A stretch of 64,000 nt of DNA from Eledone cirrhosa (lineage: Eukaryota): positions 122,946,001 through 123,010,000 of the forward strand of contig OZ024744.1 in NCBI GenBank assembly GCA_964016885.1. Reading direction: 5' to 3'. Positions 1 through 15,100 of this stretch are shown here, piece after piece. Position 1 is the first letter of the stretch; the number at the start of each line of letters is the position of its first letter. The notes beneath the pieces are model-generated. The model was given only the letters and a program-made list of their open reading frames with translations. It made no database searches and was not told where the DNA came from. Made by a program: the position numbers and the translations under genes.

Positions 1-479
1 GTTAATGACCTAGACAGTGTCTTTCATTAGAAATATGGTAATGAAAGGGTTAATGACATAGACAGTGTCTTTCATTAGAAATATGGTAATGAAAGGGTTA
101 ATGATATAGACAGTGTCTTTCATTAGAAATATGGTAATGAAAGGGTTAATGGCATAGACAGTGTCTTTCATTAGAAATATGGTAATGATAGGGTTAATGA
201 TATAGAGAGTGTCTTTCATTAGAAATTTGATAATGAAAGGTTTAATGGCATAGACAGTGTCTTTCATTAGAAATATGGTAATGAAAGGGTTACTGACATA
301 GAGAGTGTATTTATTTAGAAATATGTTAATGAAAGGGTTAAATACATAGACAGTGTCTTTCATTAAAAATATGGTAATGAAAGGTTAATAACATAGACAG
401 TGTCTTTCATTAGAAATATGGTAATGAAAGGGTCAATGATATAGAGAGTGTCTTTCATTAGAAATATGGTAATGAAAGG

Positions 480-3400
480 GTTAATGACCTAGACAGTGTC
501 TTTCATTAGAAATATGGTAATGAAAGGGTTAATGGCACAAAGCTTGTTTTTTATTAGAAATACGGTAATGAAATTTTTCATGACGTAGACAGTGTCTTTC
601 ATTAGAAATATGGTAATGAAAGGGTTAATGCCATAGACAGTGTCTTTCATTAGAAATATGGCAATGAAAGGGTTAATGACATACACAGTATCTTTCATTA
701 GATATATGGTAATGAAAGGGTTAATGACATAGCCAGTGTCTTTCATTAGAAATATGGTAATGAAATGGTTAATGACATAGACTGTCTTTCATTAGAAATA
801 TAGTAATCAAATGGTTAATGTCATAGACAATGTCTTTCATTAGTAATATGGTAATGAATGGGTTAATGACATAGTCAGTGTCTTTCATTGGAAATATGTT
901 AATGAATGGGTTATTGACATATGTAGTGTCTTTCATTAGAATATGGTAATGAAAGCGTTAATCTCATAGAGAGTGTCTTTCATTAGAAATATGATAATAA
1001 AAGGGTGAATGACATAGACAGTGTCTTTCATTAGAAATATGGTAATGAAAGGGTTAATGACACATTAGAAATATGATAATGAAGGTTTTAATGAAGTAGA
1101 CATTGTCCTTCATCAGAAATATGATAATTAATTGTTTAATGACATAGACAGTGTCTTTCATTAGAAATATGGTGATGAAAGGGTTAATGGCATAGACTGT
1201 GTCTTTCATTAGAAATATGGTAATGAAAGGGTTAATGACATAGACAGTGTCTTTCTTTAGAAACATGGTAATGAAAGGGTTAATGATACAAACAGTGTCC
1301 TTCATTAGAAATATGGTGATGAAAGGGTAATGGCATAGACAGTGTCTCTCATTAGATATATGGTAATGAAAGGGTTAATGACATAGTCAGTGTCTTTCAT
1401 TAGATATATGGTAATGAAAGGATTAATGTCATAGACAGTGTCTTTCATTAGAAATATGGTAATGGAAGGGTTAATGACATAGACAGTGTCTTTCATTTGA
1501 AATATGCTAATGAAAGGGTTAATGACATAGTGTCTTTCAATACAAATATAGAAATGAAAGGATTAATGACATAGACAGTGTCTTTCATTAGAAATATGGT
1601 AATGAAAGGTTTAATGACATAGCCAGTGCCTTTCATTAGAAATATAGTCATGAAAGGGTTAATGACAGAGATAGTGTCTTTCATTGAAAAATATGGTACT
1701 GAAAGGGTTAAATATATAGACAGTGTATTACATTAGAAATATGGTAATGAAAGGTTAAATGACAGTCTCTTTCATTAGAAATATGATAATGAATATTTTA
1801 ATGACATAGACAGTGTCTTTCATTAGAAATATGGTAATGAAAAGGTGAATGACTTAGACAGTGTCTTTTATTAGAAATATGGTAATGAAAGGGTTAATGA
1901 CATAGACAGTGTCTTTTATTAGAAATATGGTAATGAAAGGGTTAATGACATAGACAGTGTCTTTCATTAGAAATATGGTAATGAAAGGGTTAACGACATA
2001 GACATTGTCTTTCATTAGAAATATAATTAAAGGGTTAATGACATAGAGAGTGACTTTATTAGAAACATGTTAATGAAAGCGCTAATGACATAGAGAGTGT
2101 ATTTCATTAGAAATATGGTAATGAAAGGGTTAATGACATATACAGTGTCTTTCATTAGAAATATGGTAATGAAAGGGTTAATGACATAGACAGTGTCTTT
2201 CATTAGAAATGTGGTAATGAAAGGGTTAATGACATAGACAGTGTCTTTCATTAGAAATATGGTAATACAGTGTCTTTCATTAGAAATATGGTAATGAAAG
2301 GGTTAATGACACAAAGCTTGTTTTTTATTAGAAATATTGTAATGAAATTTTTAATGACGTAGACAGTGTCTTTCATTAGAAATATGGTAATGAAAGGGTT
2401 AATGCCATAGACAGTGTCTTTCATCAGAAATATGGTAATGAAAGGGTTAATGATATAGACAGTGTCTTTCATTAGAAATATGGGAATGAAAGGGTTAATG
2501 ACATAGACAGTGTCTTTCATTAGAAATATGTTAATGAAATCTTTAATGGCATAAATAGTGTCTTTCATTAGAAACATGGTAATGAACGGGTTAATGGCAT
2601 AAACAGTGTCTTTAATTTGAATTATGGTAATGAAAGGGTTAATGACATAGACAATGTCTTTTATTGCAAAATATGGTAATGAAAGTGTTGATGACAGACT
2701 GCCTTTCATTAAAAATATGGTAATGAAAGGGTTAATGACATAGACAGTGTCTTTCATTACAAATATGGTAATGAAATGGTTAATGACATAGACAGTGTCT
2801 TTCATTAGAAATATGGTAATGAAAGGGTTAATGACATAGACAGTGTCTTTCATTAGAAATATGGTAATGAAAGGGTTAATGACATAGACAGTGTCTTTCA
2901 TTAGAAATATGGTAATGAAAGGGTTAATGACATAGATTGTCTTTCATTAGAAATATGGTAATGAAATGGTTAATGACATAGACAGTATCTTTCATTAGAA
3001 ATATGGTGATGAAAGGGTTAATGGCATAGACTGTGTCTTTCATTAGAAATATAGTAATGAAAGGGTTAATGACATAGACAGTGTCTTTCTTTAGAAACAT
3101 GGTAATGAAAGGGTTAATGATACAAACAGTGTCTTTTATTAGAAATATGGTGATGAAAGGGTAATGGCATAGACAGTGTCTCTCATTAGATATATGGTAA
3201 TGAAAGGGTTAATGACATAGTAAGTGTCTTTCATTAGATATATGGTAATGAAAGGATTAATGTCATAAACAGTGTCTTTCATTAGAAATATGGTAATGGA
3301 AGGGTTAATGACATAGACAGTGTCTTTCATTTGAAATATGGTAATGAAAGGCTTAATGACATAGCCAGTGTCTTTCATTAGAAATATGGTCATGAAAGGG

Positions 3401-6400
3401 TTAATGACAGAGACAGTGTCTTTCATTGAAAAATATGGTACTGAAAGGGTTAAATATATAGACAGTGTATTACATTAGAAATATGGTAATGAAAGGTTAA
3501 ATGACAGTCTCTTTCATTAGAAATATAATAATGAATATTTTAATGACATAGACAGTGTCTTTCATTAGAAATATGGTAATGAAAAGGTGAATGACTTAGA
3601 CAGTGTCTTTTATTAGAAATATGGTAATGAAAGGGTTAATGACATAGACAGTGTCTTTAATTAAAAATATGGTAATGAAAGGGTTAATGACATAGACATT
3701 GTCTTTCATTAGAAATATGGTAATGAAAGGGTTAATGACATAGACATTGTCTTTCATTAGAAATATAATTAAAGGGTTAATGACATAGAGAGTGACTTTA
3801 TTAGAAACATGTTAATGAAAGCGCTAATGACATAGAGAGTGTATTTCATTAGAAATATGGTAATGAAAGGGTTAATGACATAGACAGTGTCTTTCATTAG
3901 AAATATGGTAATGAAAAGGTGAATGACTTAGACAGTGTCTTTTATTAGAAATATGGTAATGAAAGGGTTAATGACATAGACAGTGTCTTTTATTAGAAAT
4001 ATGGTAATGAAAGGGTTAATGACATAGACAGTGTCTTTCATTAGAAATATGGTAATGAAAGGGTTAACGACATAGACATTGTCTTTCATTAGAAATATAA
4101 TTAAAGGGTTAATGACATAGAGAGTGACTTTATTAGAAACATGTTAATGAAAGCGCTAATGACATAGAGAGTGTATTTCATTAGAAATATGGTAATGAAA
4201 GGGTTAATGACATATACAGTGTCTTTCATTAGAAATATGGTAATGAAAGGGTTAATGACATAGACAGTGTCTTTCATTAGAAATGTGGTAATGAAAGGGT
4301 TAATGACATAGACAGTGTCTTTCATTAGAAATATGGTAATACAGTGTCTTTCATTAGAAATATGGTAATGAAAGGGTTAATGACACAAAGCTTGTTTTTT
4401 ATTAGAAATATTGTAATGAAATTTTTAATGACGTAGACAGTGTCTTTCATTAGAAATATGGTAATGAAAGGGTTAATGCCATAGACAGTGTCTTTCATCA
4501 GAAATATGGTAATGAAAGGGTTAATGATATAGACAGTGTCTTTCATTAGAAATATGGGAATGAAAGGGTTAATGACATAGACAGTGTCTTTCATTAGAAA
4601 TATGTTAATGAAATCTTTAATGGCATAAATAGTGTCTTTCATTAGAAACATGGTAATGAACGGGTTAATGGCATAAACAGTGTCTTTAATTTGAATTATG
4701 GTAATGAAAGGGTTAATGACATAGACAATGTCTTTTATTGCAAAATATGGTAATGAAAGTGTTGATGACAGACTGCCTTTCATTAAAAATATGGTAATGA
4801 AAGGGTTAATGACATAGACAGTGTCTTTCATTACAAATATGGTAATGAAATGGTTAATGACATAGACAGTGTCTTTCATTAGAAATATGGTAATGAAAGG
4901 GTTAATGACATAGACAGTGTCTTTCATTAGAAATATGGTAATGAAAGGGTTAATGACATAGACAGTGTCTTTCATTAGAAATATGGTAATGAAAGGGTTA
5001 ATGACATAGATTGTCTTTCATTAGAAATATGGTAATGAAATGGTTAATGACATAGACAGTATCTTTCATTAGAAATATGGTGATGAAAGGGTTAATGGCA
5101 TAGACTGTGTCTTTCATTAGAAATATAGTAATGAAAGGGTTAATGACATAGACAGTGTCTTTCTTTAGAAACATGGTAATGAAAGGGTTAATGATACAAA
5201 CAGTGTCTTTTATTAGAAATATGGTGATGAAAGGGTAATGGCATAGACAGTGTCTCTCATTAGATATATGGTAATGAAAGGGTTAATGACATAGTAAGTG
5301 TCTTTCATTAGATATATGGTAATGAAAGGATTAATGTCATAAACAGTGTCTTTCATTAGAAATATGGTAATGGAAGGGTTAATGACATAGACAGTGTCTT
5401 TCATTTGAAATATGGTAATGAAAGGCTTAATGACATAGCCAGTGTCTTTCATTAGAAATATGGTCATGAAAGGGTTAATGACAGAGACAGTGTCTTTCAT
5501 TGAAAAATATGGTACTGAAAGGGTTAAATATATAGACAGTGTATTACATTAGAAATATGGTAATGAAAGGTTAAATGACAGTCTCTTTCATTAGAAATAT
5601 AATAATGAATATTTTAATGACATAGACAGTGTCTTTCATTAGAAATATGGTAATGAAAAGGTGAATGACTTAGACAGTGTCTTTTATTAGAAATATGGTA
5701 ATGAAAGGGTTAATGACATAGACAGTGTCTTTAATTAAAAATATGGTAATGAAAGGGTTAATGACATAGACATTGTCTTTCATTAGAAATATGGTAATGA
5801 AAGGGTTAATGACATAGACATTGTCTTTCATTAGAAATATAATTAAAGGGTTAATGACATAGAGAGTGACTTTATTAGAAACATGTTAATGAAAGCGCTA
5901 ATGACATAGAGAGTGTATTTCATTAGAAATATGGTAATGAAAGGGTTAATGACATAGACAGTGTCTTTCATTAGAAATATGGTAATGAAAGGGTTAATGA
6001 CATAGACAGTGTCTTTCATTAGAAATATGGTAATGAAAGGGTTAATGTCATAGACAGTGTCTTTCATTAGAAATATGGTAATGAAAGGGTTAATGACACA
6101 AAGCTTGTTTTTTATTAGAAATATTGTAATGAAATTTTTAATGACGTAGACAGTGTCTTTCATTAGAAATATGGTAATGAAAGGGTTAATGCCATAGACA
6201 TTGTCTTTCATCAGAAATATGGTAATGAACGGGTTAATGGCATAAACATTGTCTTTAATTTGAAATATGGTAATGAAAGGGTTCATGACATAGACAATGT
6301 CTTTTATTGAAAAATATGGTAATGAAAGGGTTGATGACAGACTGCCTTTCATTAAAAATATGGTAATGAAAGGGTTAATGACATAGACAGTGTCTTTCAT

Positions 6401-9400
6401 TACAAATATGGTAATGAAAGGGTTAATGACATAGACAGTGTCTTTCATTAGAAATATGATAATTAAAGGGTTAATGACATAGACAGTGTATTTCATTAAA
6501 AATATGATAATGAAAGGGTTAATGATATAGAGAACATCTTTCATTAAAAATATGGTAATGGAAGGGTTAATGACATAGACAGTGTCTATCATTAGAATAT
6601 GGTAATGAAATGTTTAATGACATAGAGTGTGTCTTTCATAAGAAATATGGTAATGAAAGGGTTAATGGCATAAACAGTGTCTTTCATTAGAAATATGGTG
6701 ATGAAAGGATTAATGACACAGACAGTGTCTTTCATTAGAAATATGGTAATGAAAGGGTTATTGACTTAGACAGTGTCTTTCATCAGAAATATGATAATTA
6801 AAGGGTTAATGACATAGACAGTGTCTTTCATTAGAAATATAGTAATGAAAGGGTTTATGACAAAGACAGTGTCTTTCATTAGAAATATGGTATTGAAGGG
6901 TTAATGACATAGACAGTGTCTTTCATTAGAAATCTGATAATGAAAGGGTTAATGACATATACTGTGTCTTTCATTTGAAATATGTCAATGAAAGGGTTAA
7001 TGGCACAAAGCTTGATTTTTACTAGAAATATTGTAATGAAATTTTTAATGACGTAGACAGTGTCTTTCATTAGAAATATGGTAATGAAAGGGTTAATGCC
7101 ATAGACAGTGTCTTTCATTAGAAATATGGTAATGAAAGGGTTAATGACATAGACAGTGTCTTTCTTCAGAAATATGGTAATGAAAGGGTTAATAATATAG
7201 ACAGTGTCTTTCATTAGAAATATGGTAATGAAAGGGTTAATGACATAGACAGTGTCTTTCATTAGAAATATGGTAATGAAAGGGTTAATGACATAGACAG
7301 TGTCTTTCATTAGAAATATGGTAATGAAAGGGTTAATGACACAAAGCTTGTTTTTTATTAGAAATACTGTAATGAAATTTTTAATGACGTAGACAGTGTC
7401 TTTCATTAGAAATATGGTAATGAAAGGGTTAATGGCACAAAGCTTGTTTTTTATTAGAAATACGGTAATGAAATTTTTCATGACGTAGACAGTGTCTTTC
7501 ATTAGAAATATGGTAATGAAAGGGTTAATGCCATAGACAGTGTCTTTCATTAGAAATATGGCAATGAAAGGGTTAATGACATACACAGTATCTTTCATTA
7601 GATATATGGTAATGAAAGGGTTAATGACATAGCCAGTGTCTTTCATTAGAAATATGGTAATGAAATGGTTAATGACATAGACTGTCTTTCATTAGAAATA
7701 TAGTAATCAAATGGTTAATGTCATAGACAATGTCTTTCATTAGTAATATGGTAATGAATGGGTTAATGACATAGTCAGTGTCTTTCATTGGAAATATGTT
7801 AATGAATGGGTTATTGACATATGTAGTGTCTTTCATTAGAATATGGTAATGAAAGCGTTAATCTCATAGAGAGTGTCTTTCATTAGAAATATGATAATAA
7901 AAGGGTGAATGACATAGACAGTGTCTTTCATTAGAAATATGGTAATGAAAGGGTTAATGACACATTAGAAATATGATAATGAAGGTTTTAATGAAGTAGA
8001 CATTGTCCTTCATCAGAAATATGATAATTAATTGTTTAATGACATAGACAGTGTCTTTCATTAGAAACTTGGTAATGAAAGGGTTAATGTCATAGACAGT
8101 GTCTTTCATTAGAAATATGGTGATGAAAGGGTTAATGGCATAGACTGTGTCTTTCATTAGAAATATGGTAATGAAAGGGTTAATGACATAGACAGTGTCT
8201 TTCTTTAGAAACATGGTAATGAAAGGGTTAATGATACAAACAGTGTCCTTCATTAGAAATATGGTGATGAAAGGGTAATGGCATAGACAGTGTCTCTCAT
8301 TAGATATATGGTAATGAAAGGGTTAATGACATAGTCAGTGTCTTTCATTAGATATATGGTAATGAAAGGATTAATGTCATAGACAGTGTCTTTCATTAGA
8401 AATATGGTAATGGAAGGGTTAATGACATAGACAGTGTCTTTCATTTGAAATATGCTAATGAAAGGGTTAATGACATAGTGTCTTTCAATACAAATATAGA
8501 AATGAAAGGATTAATGACATAGACAGTGTCTTTCATTAGAAATATGGTAATGAAAGGTTTAATGACATAGCCAGTGCCTTTCATTAGAAATATAGTCATG
8601 AAAGGGTTAATGACAGAGATAGTGTCTTTCATTGAAAAATATGGTACTGAAAGGGTTAAATATATAGACAGTGTATTACATTAGAAATATGGTAATGAAA
8701 GGTTAAATGACAGTCTCTTTCATTAGAAATATGATAATGAATATTTTAATGACATAGACAGTGTCTTTCATTAGAAATATGGTAATGAAAAGGTGAATGA
8801 CTTAGACAGTGTCTTTTATTAGAAATATGGTAATGAAAGGGTTAATGACATAGACAGTGTCTTTTATTAGAAATATGGTAATGAAAGGGTTAATGACATA
8901 GACAGTGTCTTTCATTAGAAATATGGTAATGAAAGGGTTAACGACATAGACATTGTCTTTCATTAGAAATATAATTAAAGGGTTAATGACATAGAGAGTG
9001 ACTTTATTAGAAACATGTTAATGAAAGCGCTAATGACATAGAGAGTGTATTTCATTAGAAATATGGTAATGAAAGGGTTAATGACATATACAGTGTCTTT
9101 CATTAGAAATATGGTAATGAAAGGGTTAATGACATAGACAGTGTCTTTCATTAGAAATGTGGTAATGAAAGGGTTAATGACATAGACAGTGTCTTTCATT
9201 AGAAATATGGTAATACAGTGTCTTTCATTAGAAATATGGTAATGAAAGGGTTAATGACACAAAGCTTGTTTTTTATTAGAAATATTGTAATGAAATTTTT
9301 AATGACGTAGACAGTGTCTTTCATTAGAAATATGGTAATGAAAGGGTTAATGCCATAGACAGTGTCTTTCATCAGAAATATGGTAATGAAAGGGTTAATG

Positions 9401-12140
9401 ATATAGACAGTGTCTTTCATTAGAAATATGGGAATGAAAGGGTTAATGACATAGACAGTGTCTTTCATTAGAAATATGTTAATGAAATCTTTAATGGCAT
9501 AAATAGTGTCTTTCATTAGAAACATGGTAATGAACGGGTTAATGGCATAAACAGTGTCTTTAATTTGAATTATGGTAATGAAAGGGTTAATGACATAGAC
9601 AATGTCTTTTATTGCAAAATATGGTAATGAAAGTGTTGATGACAGACTGCCTTTCATTAAAAATATGGTAATGAAAGGGTTAATGACATAGACAGTGTCT
9701 TTCATTACAAATATGGTAATGAAATGGTTAATGACATAGACAGTGTCTTTCATTAGAAATATGGTAATGAAAGGGTTAATGACATAGACAGTGTCTTTCA
9801 TTAGAAATATGGTAATGAAAGGGTTAATGACATAGACAGTGTCTTTCATTAGAAATATGGTAATGAAAGGGTTAATGACATAGATTGTCTTTCATTAGAA
9901 ATATGGTAATGAAATGGTTAATGACATAGACAGTATCTTTCATTAGAAATATGGTGATGAAAGGGTTAATGGCATAGACTGTGTCTTTCATTAGAAATAT
10001 AGTAATGAAAGGGTTAATGACATAGACAGTGTCTTTCTTTAGAAACATGGTAATGAAAGGGTTAATGATACAAACAGTGTCTTTTATTAGAAATATGGTG
10101 ATGAAAGGGTAATGGCATAGACAGTGTCTCTCATTAGATATATGGTAATGAAAGGGTTAATGACATAGTAAGTGTCTTTCATTAGATATATGGTAATGAA
10201 AGGATTAATGTCATAAACAGTGTCTTTCATTAGAAATATGGTAATGGAAGGGTTAATGACATAGACAGTGTCTTTCATTTGAAATATGGTAATGAAAGGC
10301 TTAATGACATAGCCAGTGTCTTTCATTAGAAATATGGTCATGAAAGGGTTAATGACAGAGACAGTGTCTTTCATTGAAAAATATGGTACTGAAAGGGTTA
10401 AATATATAGACAGTGTATTACATTAGAAATATGGTAATGAAAGGTTAAATGACAGTCTCTTTCATTAGAAATATAATAATGAATATTTTAATGACATAGA
10501 CAGTGTCTTTCATTAGAAATATGGTAATGAAAAGGTGAATGACTTAGACAGTGTCTTTTATTAGAAATATGGTAATGAAAGGGTTAATGACATAGACAGT
10601 GTCTTTAATTAAAAATATGGTAATGAAAGGGTTAATGACATAGACATTGTCTTTCATTAGAAATATGGTAATGAAAGGGTTAATGACATAGACATTGTCT
10701 TTCATTAGAAATATAATTAAAGGGTTAATGACATAGAGAGTGACTTTATTAGAAACATGTTAATGAAAGCGCTAATGACATAGAGAGTGTATTTCATTAG
10801 AAATATGGTAATGAAAGGGTTAATGACATAGACAGTGTCTTTCATTAGAAATATGGTAATGAAAGGGTTAATGACATAGACAGTGTCTTTCATTAGAAAT
10901 ATGGTAATGAAAGGGTTAATGTCATAGACAGTGTCTTTCATTAGAAATATGGTAATGAAAGGGTTAATGACACAAAGCTTGTTTTTTATTAGAAATATTG
11001 TAATGAAATTTTTAATGACGTAGACAGTGTCTTTCATTAGAAATATGGTAATGAAAGGGTTAATGCCATAGACATTGTCTTTCATCAGAAATATGGTAAT
11101 GAACGGGTTAATGGCATAAACATTGTCTTTAATTTGAAATATGGTAATGAAAGGGTTCATGACATAGACAATGTCTTTTATTGAAAAATATGGTAATGAA
11201 AGGGTTGATGACAGACTGCCTTTCATTAAAAATATGGTAATGAAAGGGTTAATGACATAGACAGTGTCTTTCATTACAAATATGGTAATGAAAGGGTTAA
11301 TGACATAGACAGTGTCTTTCATTAGAAATATGATAATTAAAGGGTTAATGACATAGACAGTGTATTTCATTAAAAATATGATAATGAAAGGGTTAATGAT
11401 ATAGAGAACATCTTTCATTAAAAATATGGTAATGGAAGGGTTAATGACATAGACAGTGTCTATCATTAGAATATGGTAATGAAATGTTTAATGACATAGA
11501 GTGTGTCTTTCATAAGAAATATGGTAATGAAAGGGTTAATGGCATAAACAGTGTCTTTCATTAGAAATATGGTGATGAAAGGATTAATGACACAGACAGT
11601 GTCTTTCATTAGAAATATGGTAATGAAAGGGTTATTGACTTAGACAGTGTCTTTCATCAGAAATATGATAATTAAAGGGTTAATGACATAGACAGTGTCT
11701 TTCATTAGAAATATAGTAATGAAAGGGTTTATGACAAAGACAGTGTCTTTCATTAGAAATATGGTATTGAAGGGTTAATGACATAGACAGTGTCTTTCAT
11801 TAGAAATCTGATAATGAAAGGGTTAATGACATATACTGTGTCTTTCATTTGAAATATGTCAATGAAAGGGTTAATGGCACAAAGCTTGATTTTTACTAGA
11901 AATATTGTAATGAAATTTTTAATGACGTAGACAGTGTCTTTCATTAGAAATATGGTAATGAAAGGGTTAATGCCATAGACAGTGTCTTTCATTAGAAATA
12001 TGGTAATGAAAGGGTTAATGACATAGACAGTGTCTTTCTTCAGAAATATGGTAATGAAAGGGTTAATAATATAGACAGTGTCTTTCATTAGAAATATGGT
12101 AATGAAAGGGTTAATGACATAGACAGTGTCTTTCATTAGA
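480..12140. repeat. Nested higher-order duplications: ~4.87-kb unit whose first copy carries an extra 2074-bp tandem duplication (boundaries approximate)
   Basis: Identical ORF translations at offsets 2074 (2027/4101, 2251/4325, 3139/5213), 4874 (4101/8975, 5843/10717) and 6948 (1305/8253, 2027/8975). The diagnostic truncated monomer GGTAATACAGTGTC occurs at ~2261, ~4335 and ~9209. Confidence 0.85.
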
Positions 12141-15100
12141 ATTATGGTAATGAAAGGGTTAATGACATAGACAGTGTCTTTCATTAGAAATATGGTAATG
12201 AAAGGGTTAATGACACAAAGCTTGTTTTTTATTAGAAATACTGTAATGAAATTTTTAATGACGTAGACAGTGTCTTTCATTAGAAACATGGTAATGAAAG
12301 GGTTAACGCCATAGACAGTGTCTTTCATCAGAAATATGGTAATGAAAGGGTTAATGATATAGACAGTGTCTTTCATTAGAAATATGGCAATGAAAGGGTT
12401 AATGACATAGACAGTGTCTTTCATTAGATATATTGTAATGAAAGGGTTAATGACATAGACAGTGTCTTTCATTAGAAATATGTTAATGAAATCTTTAATG
12501 GCATAAATAGTGTCTTTCATTAGAAATATGGTAATGAACGGGTTAATGGCATAAACAGTGTCTTTAATTTGAATTATGGTAATGAAAGGGTTAATGACAT
12601 AGACAATGTCTTTTATTGCAAAATATGGTAATGAAAGTGTTGATGACAGACTGCCTTTCATTAAAAATATGGTAATGAAAGGGTTAATGACATAGACAGT
12701 GTCTTTCATTACAAATATGGTAATGAAATGGTTAATGACATAGACAGTGTCTTTCATTAGAAATATGGTAATGAAAGGGTTAATGACATAGACAGTGTCT
12801 TTCATTAGAAATATGGTAATGAAATGGTTAATGACATAGACAGTGTCTTTCATTAGAAATATGGTAATGAAAGGGTTAATGACATAGACAGTGTCTTTCA
12901 TTACAAATATGGTAATGAAATGGTTAATGACATAGACAGTGTCTTTCATTAGAAATATGGTAATGAAAGGGTTAATGACATAGACAGTGTCTTTCATTAG
13001 AAATATGGTAATGAAAGGGTTAATGACATAGACAGTGTCTTTCATTAGAAATATGGTAATGAAAGGGTTAATGACATAGATTGTCTTTCATTAGAAATAT
13101 GGTAATGAAATGGTTAATGACATAGACAGTATCTTTCATTAGAAATATGGTGATGAAAGGGTTAATGGCATAGACTGTGTCTTTCATTAGAAATATGGTA
13201 ATGAAAGGGTTAATGACATAGACAGTGTCTTTCTTTAGAAACATGGTAATGAAAGGGTTAATGATACAAACAGTGTCTTTCATTAGAAATATAGTAATGG
13301 AAGGGTTAATGACATAGACAGTGTCTTTCATTAGATATATGGTAATGAAAGGGTTAATGACATAGACAGTGTCTTTCATTAGATATATGGTAATGAAAGG
13401 ATTAATGTCATAGACAGTGTCTTTCATTAGAAATATGGTAATGGAAGGGTTAATGACATAAACAGTGTCTTTCATTTGAAATATGCTAATGAAAGGGTTA
13501 ATGACATAGTGTCTTTCAATACAAATATAGAAATGAAAGGATTAATGACATAGACAGTGTCTTTCATTAGAAATATGGTAATGAAAGGCTTAATGACATA
13601 GCCAGTGTCTTTCATTAGAAATATAATAATGAATATTTTAATGACATAGACAGTGTCTTTCATTGAAAAATATGGTACTGAAACGGTTAAATATATAGAC
13701 AGTGTATTACATTGGAAATATGGTAATGAAAGGTTAAATGACAGTCTCTTTCATTAGAAATATAATAATGAATATTTTAATGACATAGACAGTGTCTTTC
13801 ATTAGAAATATTGTAATGAAAAGGTGAATGACTTAGACAGTGTCTTTTATTAGAAATATTGTAATGAAATTTTTAATGACGTAGACAGTGTCTTTCATTA
13901 GAAATATGGTAATGAAAGGGTTAATGCCATATACATTGTCTTTCATCAGAAATATGGTAATGAACGGGTTAATGGCATAAACATTGTCTTTAATTTGAAA
14001 TATGGTAATGAAAGGGTTAATGACATAGACAATGTCTTTTATTGAAAAATATGGTAATGAAAGGGTTGATGACAGACTGCCTTTCATTAAAAATATGGTA
14101 ATGAAAGGGTTAATGACATAGTCAGTATCTTTCATTACAAATATGGTAATGAAAGGGTTAATGACATAGACAGTGTCTATCATTAGAAATATGATAATTA
14201 AAGGGTTAATGACATAGAGAGTGTCTTTCATTAAAAATATGATAATGAAAGGGTTAATGATATAGAGAACATCTTTCATTAAAAATATGGTAATGGAAGG
14301 GTTAATGACACAGACAGTGTCTATCATTAGAATATGGTAATGAAAGGTTTAATGACATAGAGTGTGTCTTTCATTAGAAATATGGTAATGAAAGGGTTAA
14401 TGGCATAAACAGTGTCTTTCATTAGAAATATGGTGATGAAAGGATTAATGACATAGACAGTGTCTTTCATTAGAAATATGGTAATGAAAGGGTTAATGAC
14501 ATAGACAGTGTCTTTCATTAGTAATATGGTAATGAAAGGGTTATTGACATAGACAGTGTCTTTCATCAGAAATATGATAATTAAAGGGTTAATAACAGTG
14601 TATTTCATTAGAAATATGGTAATGAAATGTTTAATGACATAGACAGTGTCTTTCATCAGAAATATGATAATTAAAGGGTTAATGACACAGACAGTGTCTT
14701 TCATTAGAAATATGGTAATGAAAGGGTTAATGACATAGACAGTGTCTTTCATTAGAAATATGGTAATGAAAAGGTGAATGACTTAGACAGTGTCTTTTAT
14801 TAGAAATATGGTAATGAAAGGGTTAATGACATAGACAGTGTCTTTAATTAAAAATATGGTAATGAAAGGGTTAATGACATAGACATTGTCTTTCATTAGA
14901 AATATGGTAATGAAAGGGTTAATGACATAGACATTGTCTTTCATTAGAAATATAATTAAAGGGTTAATGACATAGAGAGTGACTTTATTAGAAACATGTT
15001 AATGAAAGCGCTAATGACATAGAGAGTGTATTTCATTAGAAATATGGTAATGAAAGGGTTAATGACATAGACAGTGTCTTTCATTAGAAATATGGTAATG